A stretch of 64,000 nucleotides of DNA from Eledone cirrhosa. Taxonomy: Eukaryota. The position numbers and the translations under genes are program-made. Of this stretch, positions 27,001 to 38,600 are shown in pieces. The notes under the pieces were generated by a model. It was given only the letters and a program-made list of their open reading frames with translations. It was not told the DNA's origin and searched no databases. The DNA is taken from the NCBI GenBank assembly GCA_964016885.1, contig OZ024744.1:15686001-15750000 (forward strand). The letters run 5' to 3'. The number at the start of each line of letters is the position of its first letter. The stretch's first letter is position 1.

Positions 27001-30000
27001 TTAGTGTGTCAGTGTGTACGTGAGTGTGAGTGTGAGTGTGCCAGTGTGTATGTGAGTGTGAGTGTGTCAGTGTGCATGTGAGTGTGTCAGTGTGTATGTG
27101 AGTATGAGTGAGTCAGTTTGTATGTGAGTGTGATTGTGTCAGTGTGTATGTGAGTGAGTCAGAGTGTACGTGAGTGTGAGTGAGAATGTGTCAATGTGTA
27201 TGTCAGTCTCAGTGTGTCAGTGTGTGAGTGCGTGTGTGAGCGTGTCAGTGTGTATGTGAGTTTGTCAATGTGTATGTGAGTGTGAGTGTGTCAGTTTGTA
27301 TGTGAGTGTGTCAGTGTGTATGTGAGTGTGAGTTTGAGTGTGTCAGTGTGTATGTGAGAGTCAGTATGTGAGTGTGTAAGTGTGAGTGAGAGTGTGTATG
27401 TGCGTATGTGAGTGTGTCAGTGTGTATGTTAGTGTGTCAGTGTGTATGTGAGCGTGAGTGTGAGTGTGTCATTGTGTATGTGAGTGTGTCAGTGTGTATG
27501 TGAGTGTGAGTGTGTCATGTCAGTGTGTGTGTGAGTGTGTCAGAGTGTATGTGACTGTGTCAGTGTGTATGTAAGTGTGAGTGTGAGTGTGTGTGTGTCA
27601 TTGTGTATGTGAGTGTGTCAGTGTGTATGTGAGTGTGAGTGTCTCAGTGTGTATGTGAGTGTGAGTGTGTCAGTGTGTGTGTGAGTGTGGGTGTGTCAGT
27701 GTGTATGTGACTGTGAGTGTGGCAGTGTGTATGTGAGTGTGAGTGTGAGTTTGTCAGTGTGTATGTGAGTGTGAGTGTGTCAGTGTGTATGAAAGTGTGT
27801 CAGTGTGTATGTGAGTGTGAGTGTGAGTGTGAGTGTGTGAGTGTGTATGTGAGTGTGTCAGTGTGTATGTGTGTGTGAGTGTAAGTGTGTGAGGGTGTGT
27901 GTGAGTGTGTCAGTGTGTATGTGAGTCTGTCAGTGTGTATGTGAGTGTGTCAGTGTGTATGAGAGTGTGAGTGTGTCAGTGTGTATGTGAGTGTGAGTGT
28001 GTCAGTGTGTATATGAGATTGTCAGTGTGTATGTGAGTGTGAGTGTGTCAGTAGGTGTGTCAGTGTGTATGTGAGTGTGTCAGTGTGTATGTGAGTGTGT
28101 CAGTGTGTATGTGATTGTGTCAGTGTGTATGTGAGTGTCAGTGTGAGTGTGTCAGTGTGTATGTGAGTGTGCGTGTGTCAGTGTGTGTGTGAGTGTGTCA
28201 GTGTGTATGTGAGTGTGTTAGTGTGTATGTGAGTGTGAGTGCGAGTGTGTCAGTGTGTATGTGAGTGCGAGTGTGTCAGTGTGTATGTGAGTGTGAGTGT
28301 GTCAGTGTGTATGTGAGTGTGTCAGTGTGTATGTGAATATGAGTGTGTGTGTCAGTGTGTATGTGAGTGTGTCAGTATGTATGTGAGTGTGAGTGTGTCA
28401 GTGTGTATGTGAGTGTGTCAGTGTGTATGTGAATATGAGTATGCGTGTGTCAGTGTGTATGTGAGTGTGTCAGTGTGTATGTGAGTGTGAGTGTGAGTGT
28501 GTCAGTGTGTATGTGAGTGTGTCAGTGTGCATGTGAGTGTGAGTGTGAGTGTGTCAGTGTGTATGTGAGTATGTCAGTGTGTATGTGAGTGTGATTGTGA
28601 GTGTGTCAGTGTGTATGTGAGTGTGAGTGTGTCAGTGTGTATGTCAGTGTGTCAGTGTCTATGTGAGTGTGTCAATGTGTATGTGAGTGTGAGTGTGAGT
28701 TTGTCAGTGTGTATGTGAGTGTGTCAGTGTGTATGTGAGTGTGTCAGTGTGTATGTCTGTCTCAGTGTGTCAGTGTGTATGTCAGTGTGTCAGTGTGTCA
28801 GTGTGTGTGTGAGTGTGTCAGTGTGTATGTGCGTGTCAGTGTGTATGTGAGTGTGAGTGTGAGTGTGTCAGTGTGTGTGTAAGTGTGAGTGTGTCAGTGT
28901 GTATGTGAGTGTGTCAGTGTGTATGTGAGTGTGAGTATGTCAGTATGTATGTGAGTGTGAGTGTGTCAGTGTGTATGAGTGTGTCAGTGTGTAAGTGAGT
29001 GTGAGTTTGAGTGTGTCAGTGTGTATGTGAGAGTCAGTGTGTGAGTGTGTATGTGTGAGTGTGAGTGTGTAAGTGCGTATGTGAGTGTGTCAGTGTGTAT
29101 GTGAGTGTGTCAGTGTGTATGTGAGTGTGAGTGTGTCAGTGTGTATGTTAGTGTGTCAGTGTGTATGTGAGCGTGAGTGTGAGTGTGTCATTGTGTATGT
29201 GAGTGTGTATATGAGTGTGAGTGTATCATGTCAGTGTGTGTGTGAGTGTGTCAGAGTGTATGTGACTGTGTCAGTGTGTATGTGAGTGTGAGTGCGAGTG
29301 TGTCAGTGTGTATGTGAGTGCGAGTGTGTCAGTTTGTATGTGAGTGTGTCAGTGTGTCAGTGTGTATGTGAGTGCGAGTGTGTCAGTGTGTATGTGTATG
29401 TGAGTGTGTCAGGGCGTATGTGAGTGTGTCAGTGTTTATGTGAGTGTGAGTGCAAGTGTGTCAGTGTGTATGTGAGTGTGAGTGTGTCAGTGTGTATGTG
29501 AGTGTGAGTGTGTCAGTGTGCATGTGAGTGTGTGTGTGATTGTGTCAATGTGTATGTGAGTGTGTCAGTGTGTATGTGAGTGTGATTGCTAGTGTGTCAG
29601 TGTGTATGTGAGTGTGTGTGTGTCAGTGTGTATGTGAGTGTGTCAGTGTGTAGCTGAGTGTGAGTGTGTTAGTGTGTATGTGAGAGTGAGTGTGTCAGTG
29701 TGTATGTGAGTGTGAGTGTGTCAGTGTGTATGTGAGTGTGAGTGTGTCAGTGTCTATGTGAGTGTGTCAGAGTGTATGTGAGTGTGAGTGTGAGTGTGTC
29801 AGTGTGTATGTGAGTGTGAGTGTGCCAGTGTGTATGTGTGTGTGTCAATGTGTATGTGAGTGTGAGTGTGTCAGTTTGTATGTGAGTGTGAGTGTGTCAG
29901 TGTGTATGTGAGTGTGTTAGTGTGTATGTGAGTGTGAGTGCGAGAGTGTCAGTGTGTATGTGAGTGTGAGTGTGTCAGTGTGTATGTGAGTGTGTCAGTG

Positions 30001-33000
30001 TGTATGTGAGTGTGGCAGTGTGTATGTGAGTGTGAGTGCGAGAGTGTCAGTGTGTATGTGAGTGTGAGTGTGTCAGTGTGTATGTGAGTGTGTCAGTGTG
30101 TATGTGAGTGTGGCAGTGTGTATGTGAGTGTGAGTGCCAGTGTGTCAGTGTGTATGTGAGTGCGAATGTGTCAGCGTGTATATGAGTGTGAGTGTGTCAG
30201 TGTGTATGTGAGTGTGAGTGTATCAGTCTGTATGTGAGTGTGAATGTGTCAGTGTGTATGTGAGTGTGTCAGTGTGTGTGTGAGTGTGAGTGTGAGTGTG
30301 TCAGTGTGTATGTGAGTGTGAGTGTGTCAGTGTGTATGTCTATGTGAGTGTGTCAGGGCGTATGTGAGTGTGTCAGTGTTTATGTGAGTGTGAGTGCAAG
30401 TGTGTCAGTGTGTATGTGAGTGTGAGTGTGTCAGTGTGTATGTGAGTGTGAGTGTGTCAGTGTGCATCTAAGTGTGTGTGTGATTGTGTCAATGTGTATG
30501 TGAGTGTGTCAGTGTGTATGTGAGTGTGATTGCTAGTGTGTCAGTGTGTATGTGAGTGTGTGTGTGTCAGAGTGTATGTGAGTGTGTCAGTGTGTATGTG
30601 AGTGTGTGTGTGAGTGTGTCAGTGAGTATGTGAGTGTGTCAGTGTGTATGTGAATGTGAGTGTGAGTGTGTCAGTGTCTATGTGAGTGTGTCAGTGTGTA
30701 TGTGAGTGTGAGTGTGTCACTGTGTATGTGAGTGTGTCAGTGTGTATGTGAGTGTGAGTGTGTCAGTGTGTATGTGAGTGTGAGTGCAAGTGTGTCAGTG
30801 TGTATGTGAGTGTGAGTGTGTCAGTGTGTATGTGAGTGTGAGTGTGTCAGTGTGCATCTAAGTGTGTGTGTGATTGTGTCAATGTGTATGTGAGTGTGTC
30901 AGTGTGTATGTGAGTGTGATTGCTAGTGTGTCAGTGTGTATGTGAGTGTGTGTGTGTCAGAGTGTGTGTGTGTCAGTGTGTCAGTCTGTATGTGAGTGTG
31001 AGTGTGAGTGATCCAGTGTGTATGTGAGTGTGAGTGTGTCAGTGTGTATGTGAGTAGTTGAGTGTAAGTGTGTCAGTGTGTATGTCAGTCTCAGTGTGTC
31101 AGTGTGTGAGTGTGAGTGTGAGCGTGTCAGTGTGTATGTGAGTGTGTCAATGTGTATGTGAGTGTCAGTGTGTCAGTGTGTATGTGAGTGTGTCAGTGTG
31201 TATGTGAGTGTGAGTGTGAGTGTGTCAGTGTGTATGAGTGTGTCAGTGTGTATGTGAGTGTGTGTGTGAGTGTGTCAGTGTGTATGTGAGAGTCAGTGTG
31301 TGAGTGTGTAAGTGTGACTGTGAGTTTGTATGTGAGTGTGAGTGTGTCAGTTTGTATGTGAGTGTGAGTGTGTCAGTGTGTATGTGAGTGTGTCAGTGTG
31401 TATGTGAGTGTGAGTGTGTCAGTGTGTATGTGAGTGTGTCAGTGTGTATGTGAATGTGACTGCGAGAGTGTCAGTGTGTATGTGAGTGTGAGTGTGTGAG
31501 TGTGTGTGTGAGTGTGTCAGTGTGTATGTGAGTGTGGCAGTGTGTATGTGAGTGTGAGTGCGAGAGTGTCAGTGTGTATGTGAGTGTGTGTGTGTCAGTG
31601 TGTATGTGAGTGTGTCAGTGTGTATGTGAGTGTGAGTGCGAGTGTGTCAGTGTGTATGTGAGTGCGAGTGTGTCAGCGTGAATATAAGTGTGAGTGTGTC
31701 AGTGTGTATGTGAGTGCGAGTGTGTCAGCGTGTATATGAGTGTGAGTGTGTCAGTGTGTATGTGAGTGCGAGTTTGTCTGTGTGTATGTGAGTGTGTCAG
31801 TGTGTATGTGAGTGTGAGTGTGAGCGTGTCAATGTGTATGTGAGTGTGAGTGTGTCAGTGTGTATGTGTATGTGAGTGTGTCAGGGTGTATGTGAGTGTG
31901 TCAGTGTTTATGTGAGTGTGAATGCGAGTGTGTCAGTGTGTATGTGAGTGTGAGTGTGTCAGTGTGTATGTGAGTGTGAGTGTGTCAGTCTGTATGTGAG
32001 TGGGAGTGTGTTAGTGTGTATGTGAGTTTGTCAGTGTGCATGTGAGTGTGTGTGTGATTGTGTCAATGTGTATGTGAGTGTATCAGTGTGTATGTGAGTG
32101 TGATTGCGAGTGTGTCAGTGTGTATGTGAGTGCGAGTGTGTCAATGTGTATGTGAGTGTGAGTGTGTCAGTGTGTATGTGAGTGTGAGTGTGTCAGTGTG
32201 TATGTGAGTGTGTGTGTGTCAGTGTGTATGTGAGTGTGTCAGTGTGTATGTGAGTGTGTGTGTGAGTGTGTCAGTGTGTATGTGAGTGTGAGTGTGAGTG
32301 TGTCAGTGTGTATGTGAGTGTGAGTGTGCCAGTGTGTATGTGAGTGTGTCAGTGTGCATGTGAATGTGAGTGTGAGTGTGTCAATGTGTATGTGAGTGTG
32401 TCAGTGTGTATGTGTGTGTGAGTGCGCGTGTGTCAGTGTGTATGTGAGTGCGAGTGTGTCAGTGTGTATGTGAGTGTGAGTGTGTATGTGAGTGTGAGTG
32501 TGTATGTGAGTGCGAGTGTGAGTGTGTCAGTGTGTATGTGAGTGTGTGTGTGTCAGTGTGTATGTGAGTGTGTCAGTGTGTATGTGAGTGTGTCAGTGTG
32601 TATGTGAGTGTGTCAGTGTGTATATTAGTGTGAGTGTGTCAGTGTGTATGTGAGTGTGGGTGTGAGTGTGTCAGTGTGTATGTGAGAGTCAGTGTGTGAG
32701 TGTGTAAGTGTGAGTGTGAGTGTGAAAGTGCGTATGTGAGTGTGTGAGTGTGTATGTGAGTGGGTCAGTGTGTATGTGAGTGTGAGTGTGTCAGTGTGAA
32801 TGTGAATGTGAGTTTGTCAGTGTGTATGTGAGTGTGACTGTGTCAGTGTGTATGAAAGTGTGTCAGTGTGTATGTGAGTGTGAGTGTGAGTGTGAGTGTG
32901 TGAGTGTGTATGTGAGTGTGTGAGTGTGTATGTGTGTGTGAGTGTGAGTGTGTCAGTGTGTGTGTCAGTGTGTGAGTGTGTATGTGATTGTTTCAGTGTG

Positions 33001-36000
33001 TATGTGAGTGTGAGTGTGAGTGTGTCAGTGTGTATGTGAGTGTGTCAGTGTGTAAGAGAGTGTGAGTGTGTCAGTGTGTATGTGAGTGTGAGTGTGTCAG
33101 TGTGTATGTGAGTGTGAGTGTGTCAGTGTGTATGTGAGTGTGAGTGTGTCAGTGGGTGTGTCAGTGTGTATGTGAGTGATGTCAGTGTGTATGTGAGTAT
33201 GCGTGTGAGTGTGTCAGTATGTATGTGAGTGTGTCAGTGTGTATGTGAGTGTCAGTGTGAGTGTGTCAGTTTGTATGCGAGTGTGCGTCTGTCAGTGTGT
33301 ATGAAAGTGTGTCAGTGTGTATGTGAGTGTGAGTGTGAGTGCGTCAGTGTGTATGTGAGTGTGACAGTGTGTATGTGAGTGTGAGTGTGAGTGTGTCAGT
33401 GTGTATGTGAGTGTGAGTGTGTCAGTGTGTATTGTGAGTGTGAGTGTGAGTTTGTCAGTGTGTATGTGAGTGTGTCAGTGTGTATGTGAGTGTGAGTGTG
33501 TCAGTGTGTATGTAAGTGTGTCAGTGTGTATGTGAGTGTGTCAGTGTGTATGTGAGTGTGAGTGTGTCAGTCTGTATGTGAGTGTGTTAGTGTGTATGTG
33601 AGTGTGAGTACGATTGTGTCAGTGTGTATGTGAGTGTGTCAGTGTGTATGTGAGCGTGAGTGTGAATGTGTCAGTGTGTATGTGAATGTGAGTGTGTCAG
33701 TGTGTATGTGTGTGTGAGGGTGTCAGTGTGTATGGGAGTGTGAATGTGAGTGTGAGTGTGAGTGTGTCAGTGTGTATGTGAGTGTTTATGTGAGTGTGTC
33801 AGTGTGTATGTGAGTGTGTCAGTGTGTATGTGAGTGTGTATGTGAGTGTGTCAGTGTGTATGTGAGTGTCTCAGTGTGTATGTAAGTGTGTATGTGAGTG
33901 TGTTAGTGTGTATGTGAGTGTGTCAGTGTGTATGTGAATGTCAGTGTGTATGTGTGAGTGTGAGTGTGTCAGTGTGTATGTGAGTGTGCGTGTGAGTGTG
34001 TCAGTGTGTATGTGAGTGTGTCAGTGTGTATGTGAGTGTCAGTGTGAGTGTGTCAGTTTGTATGCGAGTGTGCGTCTGTCAGTGTGTATGAAAGTGTGTC
34101 AGTGTGTATGTGAGTGTGAGTGTGAGTGCGTCAGTGTGTATGTGAGTGTGACAGTGTGTATGTGAGTGTGAGTGTGAGTGTGTCAGTGTGTATGTGAGTG
34201 TGAGTGTGTCAGTGTGTATTGTGAGTGTGAGTGTGAGTTTGTCAGTGTGTATGTGAGTGTGTCAGTGTGTATGTGAGTGTGAGTGTGTCAGTGTGTATGT
34301 AAGTGTGTCAGTGTGTATGTGAGTGTGTCAGTGTGTATGTGAGTGTCAGTGTGTCAGTGTGTGTTTGAGTGTGTCAGTGTGTATTTGAGTGTGTCAGTGT
34401 GTATGTGAATGTGAGTGCGAGTGTGTCAGTGTGTATGTGAGTGTGTCAGTGTGTATATGAGTGTGAGTGTGTCAGTGTGTATGTGAGTGTGAGTGTGTCA
34501 GTGTGTATGTGAGTGTGTCAGTGTGTATGTTAGTGTGAGTGTGTCAGTGTGTATGTGAGTGTTAGTGTGTCAGTGTGTATGTGAGTCTCTCAGTGTGTAT
34601 GTGAGTGTGAGTGTGCCAGTGTGTATGTGAGTGTGTCAGTGTATATATGAGTGCGAGTTTGTCAGTGTGTATGTGAGTGTGATTGTGTCAGTGTGTATGT
34701 GAGTTTGTCAGTGTGTATGTGAGTGTGTCAGTGTGTATGTGAGTGTGTCAGTGTGTATGTCAGTGTGTCAGTGTGTATATGAGTGTGTCTGTGTGTATGT
34801 GAGTGTCAGTGTGTCAGTGTGTGTTTGAGTGTGTCAGTGTGTATGTGAGTGTGTCAGTGTGTATGTGAGTGTGTCAATGTGTATGTCAGTCTCAGTGTGC
34901 CAGTGTGTGAGTGTGAGTGTGAGCGTGTCATTGTGTATGTGAGTGTGTCAATGTGTATGTGAGTGTGAGTGTGAGTGTGTCAGTGTGTATGAGTGTGTCA
35001 GTGTGTAAATGAGTGTGAGTTTGAGTGTGTCAGTGTGTATGTGAGAGTCAGTGTGTGAGTGTGTAAGTGTGAGTGTTTGTGTGTAAGTCCGTATGTGAGT
35101 GTGTCAGTGTGTATGTGAATGTGAGTGTGTCAGTCTGTATGTGAGTGTGTTAGTGTGTATGTGAGTGTGAGTACGATTGTGTCAGTGTGTATGTGAGTGT
35201 GTCAGTGTGTATGTGAGCGTGAGTGTGAATGTGTCAGTGTGTATGTGAATGTGAGTGTGTCAGTGTGTATGTGTGTGTGAGGGTGTCAGTGTGTATGGGA
35301 GTGTGAATGTGAGTGTGAGTGTGAGTGTGTCAGTGTGTATGTGAGTGTTTATGTGAGTGTGTCAGTGTGTATGTGAGTGTGTCAGTGTGTATGTGAGTGT
35401 GTATGTGAGTGTGTCAGTGTGTATGTGAGTGTCTCAGTGTGTATGTAAGTGTGTATGTGAGTGTGTTAGTGTGTATGTGAGTGTGTCAGTGTGTATGTGA
35501 ATGTCAGTGTGTATGTGTGAGTGTGAGTGTGTCAGTGTGTATGTGAGTGTGCGTGTGAGTGTGTCAGTGTGTATGTGAGTGTGTCAGTGTGTATGTGAGT
35601 GTCAGTGTGAGTGTGTCAGTTTGTATGCGAGTGTGCGTCTGTCAGTGTGTATGAAAGTGTGTCAGTGTGTATGTGAGTGTGAGTGTGAGTGCGTCAGTGT
35701 GTATGTGAGTGTGACAGTGTGTATGTGAGTGTGAGTGTGAGTGTGTCAGTGTGTATGTGAGTGTGAGTGTGTCAGTGTGTATTGTGAGTGTGAGTGTGAG
35801 TTTGTCAGTGTGTATGTGAGTGTGTCAGTGTGTATGTGAGTGTGAGTGTGTCAGTGTGTATGTAAGTGTGTCAGTGTGTATGTGAGTGTGTCAGTGTGTA
35901 TGTGAGTGTCAGTGTGTCAGTGTGTGTTTGAGTGTGTCAGTGTGTATTTGAGTGTGTCAGTGTGTATGTGAATGTGAGTGCGAGTGTGTCAGTGTGTATG

Positions 36001-37722
36001 TGAGTGTGTCAGTGTGTATATGAGTGTGAGTGTGTCAGTGTGTATGTGAGTGTGAGTGTGTCAGTGTGTATGTGAGTGTGTCAGTGTGTATTTTAGTGTG
36101 AGTGTGTCAGTGTGTATGTGAGTGTTAGTGTGTCAGTGTGTATGTGAGTCTCTCAGTGTGTATGTGAGTGTGAGTGTGCCAGTGTGTATGTGAGTGTGTC
36201 AGTGTATATGTGAGTGTGAGTGTGTCAGTGTGTATGTGAGTGTGATTGTGTCAGTGTGTATGTGAGTTTGTCAGTGTGTATGTGAGTGTGTCAGTGTGTA
36301 TGTGAGTGTGTCAGTGTGTATGTCAGTGTGTCAGTGTGTATGTGAGTGTGTCAGTGTGTATGTGAGTGTCAGTGTGTCAGTGTGTATTGTGAGTGTGAGT
36401 GTGAGTTTGTCAGTGTGTATGTGAGTGTGTCAGTGTGTATGTGAGTGTGAGTGTGTCAGTGTGTATGTAAGTGTGTCAGTGTGTATGTGAGTGTGTCAGT
36501 GTGTATGTGAGTGTCAGTGTGTCAGTGTGTGTTTGAGTGTGTCAGTGTGTATTTGAGTGTGTCAGTGTGTATGTGAATGTGAGTGCGAGTGTGTCAGTGT
36601 GTATGTGAGTGTGTCAGTGTGTATATGAGTGTGAGTGTGTCAGTGTGTATGTGAGTGTGAGTGTGTCAGTGTGTATGTGAGTGTGTCAGTGTGTATGTTA
36701 GTGTGAGTGTGTCAGTGTGTATGTGAGTGTTAGTGTGTCAGTGTGTATGTGAGTATCTCAGTGTGTATGTGAGTGTGAGTGTGCCAGTGTGTATGTGAGT
36801 GTGTCAGTGTATATGTGAGTGTGTGTGTGTCAGTGTGTATGTGAGTGTGATTGTGTCAGTGTGTATGTGAGTTTGTCAGTGTGTATGTGAGTGTGTCAGT
36901 GTGTATGTCAGTGTGTCAGTGTGTATGTCAGTGTGTCAGTGTGTATATGAGTGTGTCAGTGTGTATGTGAGTGTCAGTGTGTCAGTGTGTGTTTGAGTGT
37001 GTCAGTGTGTATGTGAGTGTGTCAGTGTGTATGTGAGTGTGTCAATGTGTATGTCAGTCTCAGTGTGCCAGTGTGTGAGTGTGAGTGTGAGCGTGTCATT
37101 GTGTATGTGAGTGTGTCAATGTGTATGTGAGTGTGAGTGTGAGTGTGTCAGTGTGTATGAGTGTGTCAGTGTGTAAATGAGTGTGAGTTTGAGTGTGTCA
37201 GTGTGTATGTGAGAGTCAGTGTGTGAGTGTGTAAGTGTGAGTGTTTGTGTGTAAGTCCGTATGTGAGTGTGTCAGTGTGTATGTGAGTGTGAGTGTGTCA
37301 GTCTGTATGTGAGTGTGTTAGTGTGTATGTGAGTGTGAGTACGATTGTGTCAGTGTGTATGTGAGTGTGTCAGTGTGTATGTGAGCGTGAGTGTGAATGT
37401 GTCAGTGTGTATGTGAATGTGAGTGTGTCAGTGTGTATGTGTGTGTGAGGGTGTCAGTGTGTATGGGAGTGTGAATGTGAGTGTGAGTGTGAGTGTGTCA
37501 GTGTGTATGTGAGTGTTTATGTGAGTGTGTCAGTGTGTATGTGAGTGTGTCAGTGTGTATGTGAGTGTGTATGTGAGTGTGTCAGTGTGTATGTGAGTGT
37601 CTCAGTGTGTATGTAAGTGTGTATGTGAGTGTGTTAGTGTGTATGTGAGTGTGTCAGTGTGTATGTGAATGTCAGTGTGTATGTGTGAGTGTGAGTGTGT
37701 CAGTGTGTATGTGAGTGTGTAT
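1..37722. repeat. GT-rich complex minisatellite/satellite array (20-bp core GAGTGTGTCAGTGTGTATGT with 0-3 extra GAGTGT hexamers), open at the window start
   Basis: Continuous TGTGAG/TGTCAG/TGTGTATG motifs; pure 20-bp period at 3531-3570; rare variants (GATCC, TACGATT, GCATCTAAG, TTGCTAG) recur at multi-kb spacing; ends abruptly at ~37722. Confidence 0.97.
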
Positions 37723-37792
37723 ATAATACTGTGTATTATACGTGGTTTACAAAACAAATGCCGTGTCTATTTTAATTATTGTTGTTGGGGAC

Positions 37793-37931
37793 GGTGGATT
37801 GGGAGTAATCGGTAGAGCGTCAGATACCATGCTTTGCAGCATACAGTTTAAATCTCACCGAGGTTAACTTTGCCATTCATCCTTACGGGGGTTGACAAAA
37901 TAAAGTACCAGTAATGTACAGAGGTTAATTG
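37793..37931 (+). mobile_element. tRNA-derived SINE copy with Nin/Deu-type central domain, internally deleted
   Basis: Aligns to the reverse complement of 37974-38128 apart from an ~18-nt gap; has degenerate A/B boxes and GAGGTTAACTTTGCCATTCATCCTTACGGGGGTTGACAAAATAAAGTACCAGT, which resembles the Nin/Deu SINE domain. Confidence 0.75.
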
Positions 37932-37945
37932 TTGTTGTTAAAATA

Positions 37946-38128
37946 ATAGTTTCTACTTTAGCCACAAGGCTAGCAATTACCCAGTACATTACTGGTACTT
38001 TATTTTATCGACCCCGTAAGGATGAAAGTCAAAGTCAACCTCAGTGGGATTTGAACTCAGACCGTAAAGGGACGTAACTATGCTGGAAACCATGGCGCCC
38101 AACCCTCTACCGATACTGCCAATACACC
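37946..38128 (-). mobile_element. tRNA-derived SINE copy (octopus-type, Nin/Deu-like domain)
   Basis: Minus strand reads TGGCAGTATCGG (A box) ... GAGTTCAAATCC (B box) ... GAGGTTGACTTTGACTTTCATCCTTACGGGGTCGATAAAATAAAGTACCAGT; adjacent to (TAA)n. Confidence 0.8.
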
Positions 38129-38129
38129 T

Positions 38130-38130
<1 letters not shown>

Positions 38131-38178
<48 letters not shown>
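38131..38178. repeat. (TAA)16 microsatellite
   Basis: Direct reading. Confidence 0.98.
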
Positions 38179-38179
<1 letters not shown>

Positions 38180-38331
38180 GGGCGATATATTAGGTCTCCA
38201 TTACCTTTATTGAGGTGTGACGCGCGTTTCGCGATTGGTCAGCTCACGGTTCGATCTGTATCGATGTAGCCCGACATCTGTTATGTATGTATTTATAAGC
38301 AAATAATATATATGTGTGTGTGTATATATAT

Positions 38332-38472
38332 GATGTGAGAAAAATCACAGACCCTCCATCTCAACTCTACTTTTGAAAAGCAGAAGAACTGCGAAACCGG
38401 TAAAGGAACCAAATAAATATATATATATTTTAAAAAATAAGACTCCAGTTGTATTTTCGATTTCATCTTTTT
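38332..38472 (+). repeat. Direct repeat copy 1 (pseudo-LTR-like, hammerhead-bearing)
   Basis: Near-identical to 41008-41148 (offset 2676); begins directly after an (AT)n/(GT)n tract. Confidence 0.93.
38370..38405 (+). ncRNA. Minimal type I hammerhead ribozyme, U3-A8 core variant
   Basis: CUU-UUGAAAA-GCAG(AAGAA)CUGC-GAAA-CCGG-UA-AAG: stem I CUU/AAG, 4-bp stem II, palindromic stem III ACCGGU, GUA triplet (predicted cut after 38402). Confidence 0.78.
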
Positions 38473-38540
38473 TTCTTTATACTTTCACTCGTGTAGGACA
38501 CCTCGGTTATTTTTCATTTTGTAAAAAACCCTCACTTTCT

Positions 38541-38600
38541 AATATATATATATATATTGACATATATATATAACATATATATATTTGCATATACATACAT
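38541..38600. repeat. Imperfect (AT)n tract at the 5' truncation point of the retroelement ORF
   Basis: Direct reading. Confidence 0.85.

Noticed and set aside
733-29285. Cys/Val/Ser-rich ORFs (MCQCVCECV...)
   Set aside because: Translations of the GT satellite that recur with the HOR period; no coding signal.
1-37722. Telomeric repeat
   Set aside because: No TTAGGG-type unit or G-runs; irregular 20/26/32-bp units.
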